Of a stretch of 64,000 nt of DNA, positions 1 through 9,193 are shown piece after piece; position 1 is the first letter of the stretch; the number at the start of each line of letters is the position of its first letter. The notes below the pieces were generated by a model. The model was not told the DNA's origin and made no database searches. It saw only the letters and a program-made list of their open reading frames with translations. The stretch lies in the IMG/VR virus record IMGVR_UViG_3300045454_000117, positions 812-64,811 of that record; one strand, written 5' to 3'. The translations under genes were made by a program, and so were the position numbers. Source of the stretch: a virus (taxonomy: Duplodnaviria; Caudoviricetes).

Positions 1-365
1 GCGACGGGCCATGTCGTGCGACCGTCAAAGAAGCCTCTATCCAAGACCGACTTGACCTTGATCTGCGTCTGCTCTGTCGGCCCCAGGCGCTCGGGCACCG
101 AGTAATAGCGGTGCTGCAGATCGCCGGCGCTTCCGGGGACGATCCGCGCCTGGACGGCCTCGCGCGCAGCTTTCGACGGTGCGGCGGGATCATTGAACCG
201 GGCATACTCCTCGCGGAAAGCCTCGGTGCCGAGCGGTGCTGTGAAATGCCCACCGGGGAATCCGGCGCGGCGGAAGCGATACCGCCACTTTCCGTGCCGG
301 TCGCGATAGCGCGTGACGTACTCGGGCAGGAAACGGTTCGATTTCAACTGGCGCTTGTTCGTCAT
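1..365 (-). CDS. Tyrosine integrase, N-terminal part (runs off the left edge; absent from ORF track)
   Basis: Manual translation MTNKRQLKSNRFLPEYVTRYRDRHGKWRYRFRRAGFPGGHFTAPLGTEAFREEY resembles the N-terminal arm-binding region of alphaproteobacterial phage integrases; ATGA overlap with the upstream xis-like gene. Confidence 0.8.
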   Translation of the reverse strand, partial: MTNKRQLKSNRFLPEYVTRYRDRHGKWRYRFRRAGFPGGHFTAPLGTEAFREEYARFNDPAAPSKAAREAVQARIVPGSAGDLQHRYYSVPERLGPTEQTQIKVKSVLDRGFFDGRTTWPV

Positions 366-553
366 CGGTTCAGCTCGCGGTCCCAGGGGTTGCCCGGCTC
401 AGCGGCCGACGGCGCGGCCTCCGAATCGGTGTGCACCACGATCCGCCCATCTGGCGTGATTTCAACCCGCCCTACACGCAGCCCAGCACCCAGGGCGCCG
501 GCGACAGCGCGCTTGACATCCTCTTGCTTGAACCGGGCCGGGGCAGTCATCAT
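362..553 (-). CDS. Excisionase-like small protein
   Basis: PARFKQEDVKRAV...GRVEITPDGRIVV...NPWD; directly upstream of and coupled to the integrase. Confidence 0.65.
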   Translation of the reverse strand: MMTAPARFKQEDVKRAVAGALGAGLRVGRVEITPDGRIVVHTDSEAAPSAAEPGNPWDRELNR

Positions 554-742
554 CGCGTCCTTCGAATTGGGTTGCCGTACTCTCCGAGCTGTCACCCCCG
601 TTGCAGCTGGTCAGGCCGCGTCCTTCTGAGGTTGGACATCTGCCCGGCGATCACGAAGCCGGGCGGACCCTGTTCAGCCCGCGCCAGCGGGAACCGAAAA
701 GGACAACCTCATCGGGGTGCTGGCATTGACCATTGGGCTTGG

Positions 743-756
743 CTCCTTGGTAGGGA
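743..756 (-). promoter_or_regulatory. TCCCTACCAAGGAG RBS-hairpin motif, copy A
   Basis: Exact 14-mer also at 21682 and 23519; precedes a 19-codon ORF (ATG at 733). Confidence 0.6.
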
Positions 757-779
757 TCGTCGCGTTTCCTTGACCCGTT

Positions 780-811
780 AACTCTAGTTCATCGCCGACC
801 GGGTCAAAGCA
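780..811 (-). promoter_or_regulatory. Conserved promoter-like motif TGCTTT-N19-TAGAGT, copy 1
   Basis: Gap-free alignment with 21701-21732 and 26885-26916. Confidence 0.6.
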
Positions 812-840
812 GAAAGCGCAGTTTTCTGCGGTTTTTTGCG

Positions 841-1044
841 TCACAGCACCGGCTCCACGATAGCGACGATGCCAGAGGTGCAGCGCAGTTGCTCAAGGGC
901 TGCGTCGAGCGCGGCGCCAGCGGTGGGTTCGGGCCGATGCAAGCGTGGGCCGGTCGGGCTGAGTGACCACGAAAACGCCCCGTCCCTATGGGGCCAGAGA
1001 TGGACGCGCGGGCGACCGTCGGCGCGATCGAGGGCGCGCGTCAT
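841..1044 (-). CDS. Hypothetical phage protein
   Basis: Translationally coupled ORF in the early-left operon. Confidence 0.55.
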   Translation of the reverse strand: MTRALDRADGRPRVHLWPHRDGAFSWSLSPTGPRLHRPEPTAGAALDAALEQLRCTSGIVAIVEPVL

Positions 1045-1661
1045 GCCGCGATCCGATCGATGTTGCCGTGCTGGACGCTGAAGGTCAGCACCAGCACCTC
1101 GGGGTTATCCTCCCAGCGCTGGCCCTCCTTGTCGTGTAGCGATTCCCACAGCCAGCGGTAGGCCGTCGCTCCCGACCCGATGATCGACGTGACGATCATC
1201 CGGCGCATTTCGTCGGAGCAGCTCTCCCCGAACGCCGTGCGCCCAGCATCCTCGACGGCCTGGCAGACGCCCTCGGCCCAAGCATCATCTTCGCTGATCG
1301 CCTGCAAAGGCTCCGTGCGAACACCTTCGACGACGAGAGTCAGGCGAGACGCCCAGCGCGGCATGTGGATTGAGGGCCGCCCAGGCTTGCATTGCTCCGG
1401 GCGCGCGAGGCTCCCGTCGCGGCCCGCCGGGCGAACATGGTCGTCGGCAAGATAGCGAATGCTCCAAAGCTCGGGGTCGATCTCGCGCGGCTTCTGGTTT
1501 TCCGTCGCCCAGAACGACGCCCATGCTTCCCTGACATAGAGCCGATCGCCAATCGCACACCGTGCCAGCGGTGATGTCGCCAGCCGCCGAGTCTGGGTCT
1601 TGCGCCCGGCGAGCAGCGCGCGCACCATCGGCGCGGAAAAGATGATGGGACGATCAGTCAT
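1041..1661 (-). CDS. ASCH/PUA-like phage protein
   Basis: PIIFSAPMVRALLAGRKTQTRR...GDRLYVRE...PSIHMPRWASR...NPEV motifs. Confidence 0.75.
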   Translation of the reverse strand: MTDRPIIFSAPMVRALLAGRKTQTRRLATSPLARCAIGDRLYVREAWASFWATENQKPREIDPELWSIRYLADDHVRPAGRDGSLARPEQCKPGRPSIHMPRWASRLTLVVEGVRTEPLQAISEDDAWAEGVCQAVEDAGRTAFGESCSDEMRRMIVTSIIGSGATAYRWLWESLHDKEGQRWEDNPEVLVLTFSVQHGNIDRIAA

Positions 1662-1818
1662 AGTCTAGGTCCCCGTCAGCAGCGCACTCGCCGTCGCACC
1701 CATCGAGCCCGCAGTTGAAGCAGGCGTCGTCGTGGCAAGACTCCTCAGGGCAGTGATCGCAGCCGCACTTGTCGAACGTGTCGAGCGCGCAGCAGAAGAA
1801 GCCGCAGGCGTTACACAT
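1654..1818 (-). CDS. 54-aa Cys/Asp-rich putative metal-binding protein
   Basis: MCNACGFFCC...; 12 Cys; overlaps both neighbours by 8 nt. Confidence 0.6.
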   Translation of the reverse strand: MCNACGFFCCALDTFDKCGCDHCPEESCHDDACFNCGLDGCDGECAADGDLDYD

Positions 1819-2836
1819 CGGCCGGCATCCCGTCGTGCTGGACGCCATCGAGCAGGCGACCGGCGGCTTTCTTGCCAAGCCGCTCCATGCGTTCGCCAAC
1901 CGGCGGATCTGCGGGATAGCGCGGGTCGCCATGCCCGGTTGTTTTGATCGGCCCCCACTCCCCCCACTGCTTGAAGAAGAACGAGACGCCCGCCGCGGTG
2001 CACTGGTTACGCAGCCCGCGCGCCCAGTCCGGGTGCATCGGACGCGCTCCGGGGCCGCTCTCGCCGCCCGCGATGACCCAGCTGATATCGCCGATGAGTC
2101 CGGTCCAGTCGCACGAACTGCAGCACTCATATTGGCCAGTGGACATATCCATCGACAGCCCATCCCGCGCGTTCGGGCAGATCAGCCATTCTCCCAGATC
2201 GACCGGCCCAAGCAGAGGCTCGCACGACAGGAAGCGCACCGCCGCTGGAGTCCCCAGCAGGTCGGGGATGCGCTCGTCGGCGCGCTGCTGGTCTTCGACC
2301 GACACGCCCAGCCAGACGTTCGGGAGGGGCAGCTGGACTGCGAGCCATTCGTCGACCGAGCTATCGCCGGTGCGATCGTGCCAGATCTTCTGCGCCATCC
2401 CCTCGACCAGAGCGGAACGAAACCCTTCCAGGCGTTCGCCATCTCCGTTGTCGATCGACTCCATATAGCGCCGCATCCGATCGGCGCGCTTGGTCAGAAT
2501 TTGGTGCTGGTGGTGTGGGGTCAGCGCGCACACCGCGAAAACCATATCGACCCACTCGTCCGGCACGTTCTCGTGGAACAGGTCGCCATGCGCGTTCCAG
2601 AAGATCTTGCGCGGGCGCTTCCATGCGAGCGGCTGGAGCAGCGCGCTTTCGTTGAGGCGCACCTCGCCGGTCCAGACCATGCCGCCAGCGGTCTTCCGGG
2701 TCAGCCCTTGTCGCACCGGGAACCGATGCGCCTGCTTCATGGCGTAGCAGTGCTTGCAGCCTGGCGAGATCACCGAGCAGCCGTTCACCGCGTTGACTGT
2801 GGCGTCGGTCCATTCGATCTTGGTGCCGTCAGCCAT
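1811..2836 (-). CDS. Phage Gp37/Gp68 (DUF5131) family protein
   Basis: TKIEWTDATVN..GCSVISPGCKHCYA, DLFHE, QILTKR, FLSCEPLLG, WVIAGGESG, FFFKQWG. Confidence 0.92.
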   Translation of the reverse strand: MADGTKIEWTDATVNAVNGCSVISPGCKHCYAMKQAHRFPVRQGLTRKTAGGMVWTGEVRLNESALLQPLAWKRPRKIFWNAHGDLFHENVPDEWVDMVFAVCALTPHHQHQILTKRADRMRRYMESIDNGDGERLEGFRSALVEGMAQKIWHDRTGDSSVDEWLAVQLPLPNVWLGVSVEDQQRADERIPDLLGTPAAVRFLSCEPLLGPVDLGEWLICPNARDGLSMDMSTGQYECCSSCDWTGLIGDISWVIAGGESGPGARPMHPDWARGLRNQCTAAGVSFFFKQWGEWGPIKTTGHGDPRYPADPPVGERMERLGKKAAGRLLDGVQHDGMPADV

Positions 2837-3347
2837 GCGCCCGCTCCCGCTGGAGGTGCCGCCGCGGTTCGATCTGCCATGTCGCCTGGCGGATCAGCTC
2901 GGCGGCCTCGCGAAGCATCACCTCGGCGTCGGGGTGCAACCGCTGGGTCGCCAGCGTCTCGATGACGCCGGAAATCTCGGCGGAGCTATTGTAGAGGCGA
3001 TCCGCCGAGCGCGCGGCGGCTGCGCTCTGCTCCGGTGTGGTGCCCGGCTCCGGGTCGCTATACGTCGCGCGTTGCGCTTCCTCGGGCTGCTCGTTGCGCT
3101 GATAGGAGCGCATCGCCCAGGCGACCTCCTCGGCCGCGCTCGCCTTTTTCAGATGCTTCGCGGCGATCTCAGGGTTCGTCTCCGCGCGGCCGGCGGCCCG
3201 TGCCTGCTCCGCCCAGAACAAAACTGTGCTGGGTCCGAACGGGTCGCCGCCCTGAACCGTGAACAGCGGCTCGCCCGGCTTGGCGGACTGCAGCCCATCA
3301 TAGATGCCGGCGCGCTCGCGCGTGCTGACCAATGCGTCGTCCGTCAT
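2829..3347 (-). CDS. Hypothetical phage protein
   Basis: Coupled ORF with a PGEPLFTVQGGD motif. Confidence 0.65.
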   Translation of the reverse strand: MTDDALVSTRERAGIYDGLQSAKPGEPLFTVQGGDPFGPSTVLFWAEQARAAGRAETNPEIAAKHLKKASAAEEVAWAMRSYQRNEQPEEAQRATYSDPEPGTTPEQSAAAARSADRLYNSSAEISGVIETLATQRLHPDAEVMLREAAELIRQATWQIEPRRHLQRERAHG

Positions 3348-5050
3348 GCGTTCTCTCCCGGGAACAGCCAGTCCGCCGCGCGCAGCATCCCGGCGCTCGG
3401 ATATTCGATGATTTCGAGGGTTTTCAGGGTGCCGCGGTAGCGCTTGAAGGTGCCGCCGCTCGCTTCGTGCCCTGCCCAGCGTCCGACCTCATCTGCAGCG
3501 ATCGCGCGCGGATAGGCGGTCAGGATCGGGTCGAGCAGCTTCACGAGCGGCGCGTCCAAGTTCTCGCGCACCGCAGCATGAAGCGCGGCGATCGTCGGCG
3601 GCGCATCCGGCCCCTGGGCGATTTTGCGACCCTCGTCAGTCAGCGCCAGGCGTCCGTCACCCGGATAAGAAATCAGGCCTCGCGTGCGCGCGTCGCCCCG
3701 GTACCGCTTGAACGTCCCGCCCGTGGGCGCATAGTCGGCGATGAACCCGACTTGGTTGGAGGTCGGAGCTTCCAGACCGAAGGCGTTCCACCACGCCACC
3801 GCGTTGAGCAGCTTCATGATCGGGGCAGAGACTGGCCCCACTGAGATGTGCCCGCCGCGCGTGGCTTGGGAGGGGGCGCGCGCGGCGGGCTGCGGCCGAG
3901 CATCAACAGGGGGGGATTGCTCGGCCGGTTCGGATGGGATGGAAATCTGCGGAGGTGCGTCGTCGAGCGCGGGACGGATCCGCGCCATGTCTGCGGCGGC
4001 TTCGACGATGCGCGCGGCGCAATCGCGCAGGGCGCGGCCTTCCGCGATCAGAGCGTCGAGTTGGCGCTGCCCTTTGGCGCGCTCGATCGTCCAGTGATCG
4101 CGCTCGCGCCGGAGGTCGACCAGCTCGGCGCGCTCCGCGTCAGTGATCGGCGCGATCGCCGCAGATCCGCCAGAAGGGATCGCCGCGCCCTCAGCGGCGT
4201 CGGTCGGTGCAGCGGTGAGCCCGGCGAGGATCTCGCGCAGCGCCTCCGGTGCGGGTGGCGTCGGCACCTTCGCCTGGCCAGCGTGGACCGGGGTGGTCTC
4301 GACGTCGGCGACCCGGAACAGCGTCGGCTCTCGCGTCAGCGCCTCGCCCATCGCATAGAATTGGCGCTTCTCGATTCCGCGCAGTCGATCGCGGCCCTCC
4401 TTCGCGGTGAACCCGAGCTGCTCCGCCATCGTGTTGCGATCGACGGCTTGGCCGACGCGGCCCAGCATCCAGTTGTTGACCATGCCGCGAACGCCGGGGT
4501 CGATCTCGGTGAACTTGGTCCCGGCGATGACGGCGGTGAAGCCGCGCTTGCGGCCCTGGAATAGCAGCGCGCGGATGCCCTCGGTGGCCTCGGTCGTGCC
4601 GACGCGCGGGGCAAACCGCTGCACCTCGTCGACCACCACTAGCACGGGGTGCCACAGATCGCGCGGAGCATTGACCAGCGCCGTCAGGAAACGGCCGACG
4701 AACTCCGGCGCACCGTCCGGGCCGAGGTCGTTGAGCTGGGCGATCAGCGAGAAGCCGTGTGTCAGCGCGCCGAGCGCGAGCGATTCCGCGCTGGCCAGCG
4801 GAGCCGGGATATCACCGCCCTCCCCGCCCGCGATCACGAATTCGTGGCGCTCGCGCAGGGTGTAGAACTCGTCCTCACCGTCGAGGATGATCTGCTGGAC
4901 CCGGCCAGCCGTCGTTTCGAGCAGCCGCCGCAACAGCCCGCTCTTGCCGCCGCCGCTATTGGCAACGACGCCGAGGTGCGAGCCGATCAGCTCGTCGAGG
5001 TTGAGGTCGACGGACGCACCGTCTGCGGTCTGGCCGAGCGAAGTCGTCAT
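3344..5050 (-). CDS. HerA/FtsK-like P-loop ATPase with two C-terminal wHTH-like repeats
   Basis: Walker A ANSGGGKS, ILDGEDEF, Walker B VVVDEVQRFAP, GRKRG; repeated GGTFKRYRG. Confidence 0.85.
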   Translation of the reverse strand: MTTSLGQTADGASVDLNLDELIGSHLGVVANSGGGKSGLLRRLLETTAGRVQQIILDGEDEFYTLRERHEFVIAGGEGGDIPAPLASAESLALGALTHGFSLIAQLNDLGPDGAPEFVGRFLTALVNAPRDLWHPVLVVVDEVQRFAPRVGTTEATEGIRALLFQGRKRGFTAVIAGTKFTEIDPGVRGMVNNWMLGRVGQAVDRNTMAEQLGFTAKEGRDRLRGIEKRQFYAMGEALTREPTLFRVADVETTPVHAGQAKVPTPPAPEALREILAGLTAAPTDAAEGAAIPSGGSAAIAPITDAERAELVDLRRERDHWTIERAKGQRQLDALIAEGRALRDCAARIVEAAADMARIRPALDDAPPQISIPSEPAEQSPPVDARPQPAARAPSQATRGGHISVGPVSAPIMKLLNAVAWWNAFGLEAPTSNQVGFIADYAPTGGTFKRYRGDARTRGLISYPGDGRLALTDEGRKIAQGPDAPPTIAALHAAVRENLDAPLVKLLDPILTAYPRAIAADEVGRWAGHEASGGTFKRYRGTLKTLEIIEYPSAGMLRAADWLFPGENA

Positions 5051-5214
5051 CGGGTAATCCAATCGAGGAGGCGGCGGAGGTGGCTGCGCTGCCCGCGCGT
5101 GCGCAGCCACTGCTCCCGACGCGCCTCGTCCCGGGCCAGCATCACGGTCTTGCGATCCGCGAGGGACTGGCTCGAGACGCACGGCGGGGCGTTGAGGAGC
5201 GTCGGGTCGGACAT
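5047..5214 (-). CDS. Small hypothetical protein (55 aa, not in track)
   Basis: Fills the gap exactly with start/stop overlaps on both sides. Confidence 0.4.
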   Translation of the reverse strand: MSDPTLLNAPPCVSSQSLADRKTVMLARDEARREQWLRTRGQRSHLRRLLDWITR

Positions 5215-5399
5215 CACGCGGCCATCAGCCGATGGACGTCACCGTTCTTGTCGGTGGCATAGATGCCGGGGACGCCGTTGAACGTGCGCGGCTCGATAAC
5301 GTCGATGCCGACGATCTTGGCATCCTTGCCCTGCTCGTCCTTGCCGTTGATCGTTATCCGTCCGCCGGCGCGGCGGGCTTTCCAGCTGGTCAGGTGCAT
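5214..5399 (-). CDS. Hypothetical protein
   Basis: GAGGAG RBS before MHLTSWKARRAGG. Confidence 0.6.
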   Translation of the reverse strand: MHLTSWKARRAGGRITINGKDEQGKDAKIVGIDVIEPRTFNGVPGIYATDKNGDVHRLMAA

Positions 5400-5475
5400 C
5401 GAGATTACTCCTCTGATCCGGGCAACTGCGCCCATCCTCGGGGCGGGCGCGCGCGGCACCCGCCCTCTGGGGGAC

Positions 5476-6699
5476 TCAGTTGGCAGCGGCCTTTCCGGGC
5501 GGGGTCTTGAGGCGGGCCTTGTGCTCGGCGATCGCGTCGTCGACGGTCTTGGCGAGGTCATCGCCCAGCCCTTCGCGATGGGTCTTGAGGTCGCTCTCGA
5601 CCGCGAGGACGTCGCCGACGATCTGCGCGTTGCGGCACCGTTCGATCATCTGTGCGGCGACGCTCTCGGCAAGCGAGCCGCCGCCGTCACTCTCGCTCGA
5701 TGCCTCCGGGGCAGCGGGCGATTCCTCGGCGAGCGCGCCGTTCCCGTCTGCCTGGCGGAACGCCTCCTGATCGAGGGTGCGCTGGACCTCTTCCGAAATC
5801 TCGCCGGTCGCCGGGTCGTGTGGCGGATCACCGGCACCGACTTCCTCGCGGGACGGCGGGACCAGGCGCGGGGCGCCGGGTTCCTCGGCGAGAGCCGCGC
5901 TGACGGACCGGGCGGCGATTTCCTCGTCGCGGGCCTCGACGTCGATCAGGTCGCCCGACATCGGGAGCGTCTTGCTGTGACGACGCATGACGGTCTTGCG
6001 CGCCATCTCGCTAAACCACTCGACCCACGGCCCCTTCGGCTCGATCAGCTTCCCCTTGTTGGCGCCAAACTCATAGACGCGGCCCTCGGCGCCGGTCTGG
6101 CTCCGCTGGCGCACCTTGTTGATTTCGGAGCGGCGCATGACTTCGAACGACCGGGTGCCGTCCTTCATGACCGCGACCGAATAGGCGGCGACGATCTCGC
6201 TGTCGGCGGTCTGTTCCTCGGTCAGCTCGAGCATCGGTCGGTGCCGCAGCACCGCTTCGGTACCGGCTTCATAAATGAAGCGACCGCTCTCCATTTCGGC
6301 GCGATAGACCACGTTCGTCTCGATCGAGCTGATCTCGCCGGACTGGAGGATCTTCTTCCGCAGCCCGTACACCATCGGCATGTACTGGACCTGCTTCACG
6401 CTGACCCAGTTATTGCCGTCCTTTACGCGGGTGGAGAAGATCACCAGCGCGGCCTCGCGCTTGTCAGGCAGAAGGCCGTCCTGCGCCGCCTTCATGCAGG
6501 CGAGCAGCAGGCTCTGGCGATCGGCCTTGAGCAACTCGACGTCGCCTTGAACGGCGGTGATGATCGTCCGCTGGAACTGCGCCGGGGTGATGTGCTGGGG
6601 CAGCACCATCTTGAACTGGTCGGCGCGGGTCGCGAGCTGGTTGTTGAAGGATTCGACGGCGCGGCGCGCTTCGTCGACATTGGCAATCTGGGTCGCCAT
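5476..6699 (-). CDS. recT: RecT family single-strand annealing recombinase
   Basis: SLLLACMKAAQDGLLPD..EAALV, QYMPMVYGL, PWVEWFSEMARKTVMRR..K.LP. Confidence 0.92.
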   Translation of the reverse strand: MATQIANVDEARRAVESFNNQLATRADQFKMVLPQHITPAQFQRTIITAVQGDVELLKADRQSLLLACMKAAQDGLLPDKREAALVIFSTRVKDGNNWVSVKQVQYMPMVYGLRKKILQSGEISSIETNVVYRAEMESGRFIYEAGTEAVLRHRPMLELTEEQTADSEIVAAYSVAVMKDGTRSFEVMRRSEINKVRQRSQTGAEGRVYEFGANKGKLIEPKGPWVEWFSEMARKTVMRRHSKTLPMSGDLIDVEARDEEIAARSVSAALAEEPGAPRLVPPSREEVGAGDPPHDPATGEISEEVQRTLDQEAFRQADGNGALAEESPAAPEASSESDGGGSLAESVAAQMIERCRNAQIVGDVLAVESDLKTHREGLGDDLAKTVDDAIAEHKARLKTPPGKAAAN

Positions 6700-6702
6700 T
6701 TC

Positions 6703-6963
6703 TTAGTTCTCCAGTTGGAAGGGCTCGGCCGCGCCATCGGCGACGGCCTCATCATCGACCCGGCCGAGGATCGGCTTGGTCTGGAAGGGCGGCACCTCGT
6801 CGGTCACGCTGACACATTCGACGCGCTTCCAGCCGTCGCCGCGGCGGGCGTCATCGACCTTGAGCATGTCGCCAGCGGCCACCGGCTCGCCGTCGTTGTG
6901 ATAGGTGTAGGTGCGGGTGTCCTCCGGTCGGAACCGGACGACGACAAACTGTCGCTTCGTCAT
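6703..6963 (-). CDS. Hypothetical phage protein
   Basis: GAGGAG RBS; RTYTYH..GD motif. Confidence 0.6.
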   Translation of the reverse strand: MTKRQFVVVRFRPEDTRTYTYHNDGEPVAAGDMLKVDDARRGDGWKRVECVSVTDEVPPFQTKPILGRVDDEAVADGAAEPFQLEN

Positions 6964-6974
6964 GGGCAAGCTCC

Positions 6975-7370
6975 TCAAAATGGTAGGCATTCCACGCACT
7001 CCCAAATGTCGTGCGCAGGGTCGTTACGATGCGGGCACGGGTTACCGGCCGCAGCACTGCTGTGGACGAAAGCGGGGAGAGGCGTTTCCGGGCCAGCCAA
7101 AGCAATCGGCGGCAGGACCGCGCGTACCGAAGCTGGGAGCTGCCACTCCTCTTTGGGCGACCTTTCCGCCGCCACGTCTGCGGAGCACGGCGTGAACTGG
7201 TAGATCGAGCTTCCGCCAATCAGGACTGCCTTGAGCAGCTCGCCGTTGAACAGCGGCTCGATGCTCATCAGCTTGGTGCCGAAGCGCTCGACCTCCTCGA
7301 CGCGACCTATGATTGTGCGGTGGCCCAGGATTTCGACGATGGCGTAATCGCCCTCGGGCAGCGCACTCAT
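6975..7370 (-). CDS. Hypothetical phage protein
   Basis: YAIVEILGHR..GRVEEVERFG motif; coupled ORF. Confidence 0.65.
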   Translation of the reverse strand: MSALPEGDYAIVEILGHRTIIGRVEEVERFGTKLMSIEPLFNGELLKAVLIGGSSIYQFTPCSADVAAERSPKEEWQLPASVRAVLPPIALAGPETPLPAFVHSSAAAGNPCPHRNDPAHDIWECVECLPF

Positions 7371-7714
7371 CAGTCGATCCTCGCCACGCGGTAGGACTCG
7401 TCCGGCTGAACAACAGCGATCCAGGCACCGTCGAAAAACAGGATGCGCTCGTCGCGGAGCTTCGCCTGCGCGATCAGCTGGCGGGCTGGATCGCCCGGAT
7501 AGGTCAGGGTGCCGGCCTCGACGTCGAGCCGAAAACCGTTGGTGTCGCGCCAGCCGCCGCCGATATCGCGATAGGCGGCGTCGATCTGCTCGACCGCACC
7601 GACAGGGATTGAGGGACAGAGCATGTCCGGGATGGTGCCCAGCATTTCGCGGGCACCATATCCGCGCCGCTCCATGTGGGCCCGGGCGATCGGGGTGAAG
7701 GTGAACTCGACCAT
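7370..7714 (-). CDS. Hypothetical phage protein
   Basis: Coupled ORF; LTYPGDP motif. Confidence 0.6.
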   Translation of the reverse strand: MVEFTFTPIARAHMERRGYGAREMLGTIPDMLCPSIPVGAVEQIDAAYRDIGGGWRDTNGFRLDVEAGTLTYPGDPARQLIAQAKLRDERILFFDGAWIAVVQPDESYRVARID

Positions 7715-8526
7715 CAGCGCACCGCGCTTCCGGTCCGCGAGAAGATGCGGCACCCCTTGAGTTCCCGGATGCCGTTCTTGCCCCGCACCTGCGAGCGGAT
7801 GACCTTCTCCAGCGCTTCGATCACACTGGGGTGCTTGAGATAAGCGTCGGGGACCTGGCGCACGTTCAGCACCTCGACGTCCCACGTTTCGGTCAGCGAA
7901 ACAGAGCTGCCATAGTCGCCGCGCGCAACGGGACCGCGATCCAGCTTCGGGGCCGCGAACACCGGTTCCGGTTCGACCTCGACGGTTTCGGCCTCGCGGC
8001 CCTCAGCTGCGGCGCGGGCGTCCTCTTCGGCCTGGAGCCGGGCGCGCTCGCGCGCCGCCGCTTCCTCGGCCTCGCGGGCCTCGCGCGCGATCCGCGCCGC
8101 CTCTTCGCGCTGCCTCCGGGCTTCCTCGGCAAGGAAGTCGTCCATGTGCTTGCGAGCGTTGGTGACCGCCGCCGACAGGTCGGCAACCACATTATCGGCC
8201 TTGCCCTTGAGCGCGCGCTGGCTTGTGAGGAGCGGACGGTTGTGCTTCTCCCGGTGCTCCTCGACTGCCTTGGTCGCGGCCCCTGCCATCTTCACGAAGT
8301 CGGCGATCCGACCGGCTGCGTCGCGATTGGCGCAACCTTTGACGCCGTTCCCGGCTTCGGTCAGGTCCTTGATCCGCTTCAACAGACCGTCTTTGGAAAG
8401 CCCCTCGACGAAGGCGTCGACAACCTTGACCTCCATCGGCACCTCGCCGCTGTTGTCACCGACCCCGGCAACCGGAACGGGTTCCGCCTCCGGCCAGGGC
8501 TTCACGTCGGAAAACACGTTGTCCAT
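7714..8526 (-). CDS. Coiled-coil phage early protein
   Basis: GAAGGAG RBS; long charged coiled-coil. Confidence 0.7.
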   Translation of the reverse strand: MDNVFSDVKPWPEAEPVPVAGVGDNSGEVPMEVKVVDAFVEGLSKDGLLKRIKDLTEAGNGVKGCANRDAAGRIADFVKMAGAATKAVEEHREKHNRPLLTSQRALKGKADNVVADLSAAVTNARKHMDDFLAEEARRQREEAARIAREAREAEEAAARERARLQAEEDARAAAEGREAETVEVEPEPVFAAPKLDRGPVARGDYGSSVSLTETWDVEVLNVRQVPDAYLKHPSVIEALEKVIRSQVRGKNGIRELKGCRIFSRTGSAVR

Positions 8527-8537
8527 GTCGGGCTCCT

Positions 8538-8942
8538 TCAAATCGTGATTGGGGCGGTCAGCAGATCGACGCGCCGGGTGGGGTTGGCCTGGGGACTGTC
8601 GGGGGCGTGTTCTTCGCCCCACGCCTGGAGCGAGGTCAGGTATCGGTACTCGCCCTCGTTGCTCGGCTCCTTGGCGCAGCTCGGCCACGCTCGTAGGATG
8701 TCGAAGGGCCGACCGTTGACCTCGGCTTGCCAGCGGTGCGACCGGTCCAGCTCGGTGCCGTCGATCGGATCGAGCGGAGGGCCGAACCAGATCTTGACGC
8801 CGACATGCATCGCACCGCTGCGCAGCTTCATCTTGTAGAAGCCGGCGACCGGGGTGTCGGGGTCGATGCCCTCGTAATGGGCAAGCGGTTCCTGCCTCTC
8901 GCCATAGATCAGGGCGTTGGCTATGGAGCGCGTGCGGGTCAT
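8538..8942 (-). CDS. Hypothetical phage protein
   Basis: PVAGFYKMKL...PPLDPIDGTELDRS.RWQA motif. Confidence 0.7.
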   Translation of the reverse strand: MTRTRSIANALIYGERQEPLAHYEGIDPDTPVAGFYKMKLRSGAMHVGVKIWFGPPLDPIDGTELDRSHRWQAEVNGRPFDILRAWPSCAKEPSNEGEYRYLTSLQAWGEEHAPDSPQANPTRRVDLLTAPITI

Positions 8943-9193
8943 GGCTGTGCGCCCCCGAACAGGTTGCGCTCGGCCATCTCGCGGCGCTCTTCCTCGGTCC
9001 AAGAGGAGGGGTATGCGTGCATCTGCACCGCGACCATCCGCTCGACGGTATCGCCCAGCTCGTGGCAGCGCTCCGCCAAAGTCATGTCGGACAGGGCCGG
9101 ACCCGGGAGGGTGAGCGGCGTATAGCTGGACTGGCGGCCGCTGGCGGTGCGGAAGGCGCGGGATGCGCCGACCATGACGGGATCGAGCATCAT
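8939..9193 (-). CDS. Hypothetical protein
   Basis: ATGA-coupled ORF. Confidence 0.5.
   Translation of the reverse strand: MMLDPVMVGASRAFRTASGRQSSYTPLTLPGPALSDMTLAERCHELGDTVERMVAVQMHAYPSSWTEEERREMAERNLFGGAQP

Noticed and set aside
6970-6990. TGCCTACCATTTTGAGGAG, resembling the CUACCAA motif
   Set aside because: Loop and stem do not match, and it overlaps the end of a CDS; not counted as a copy
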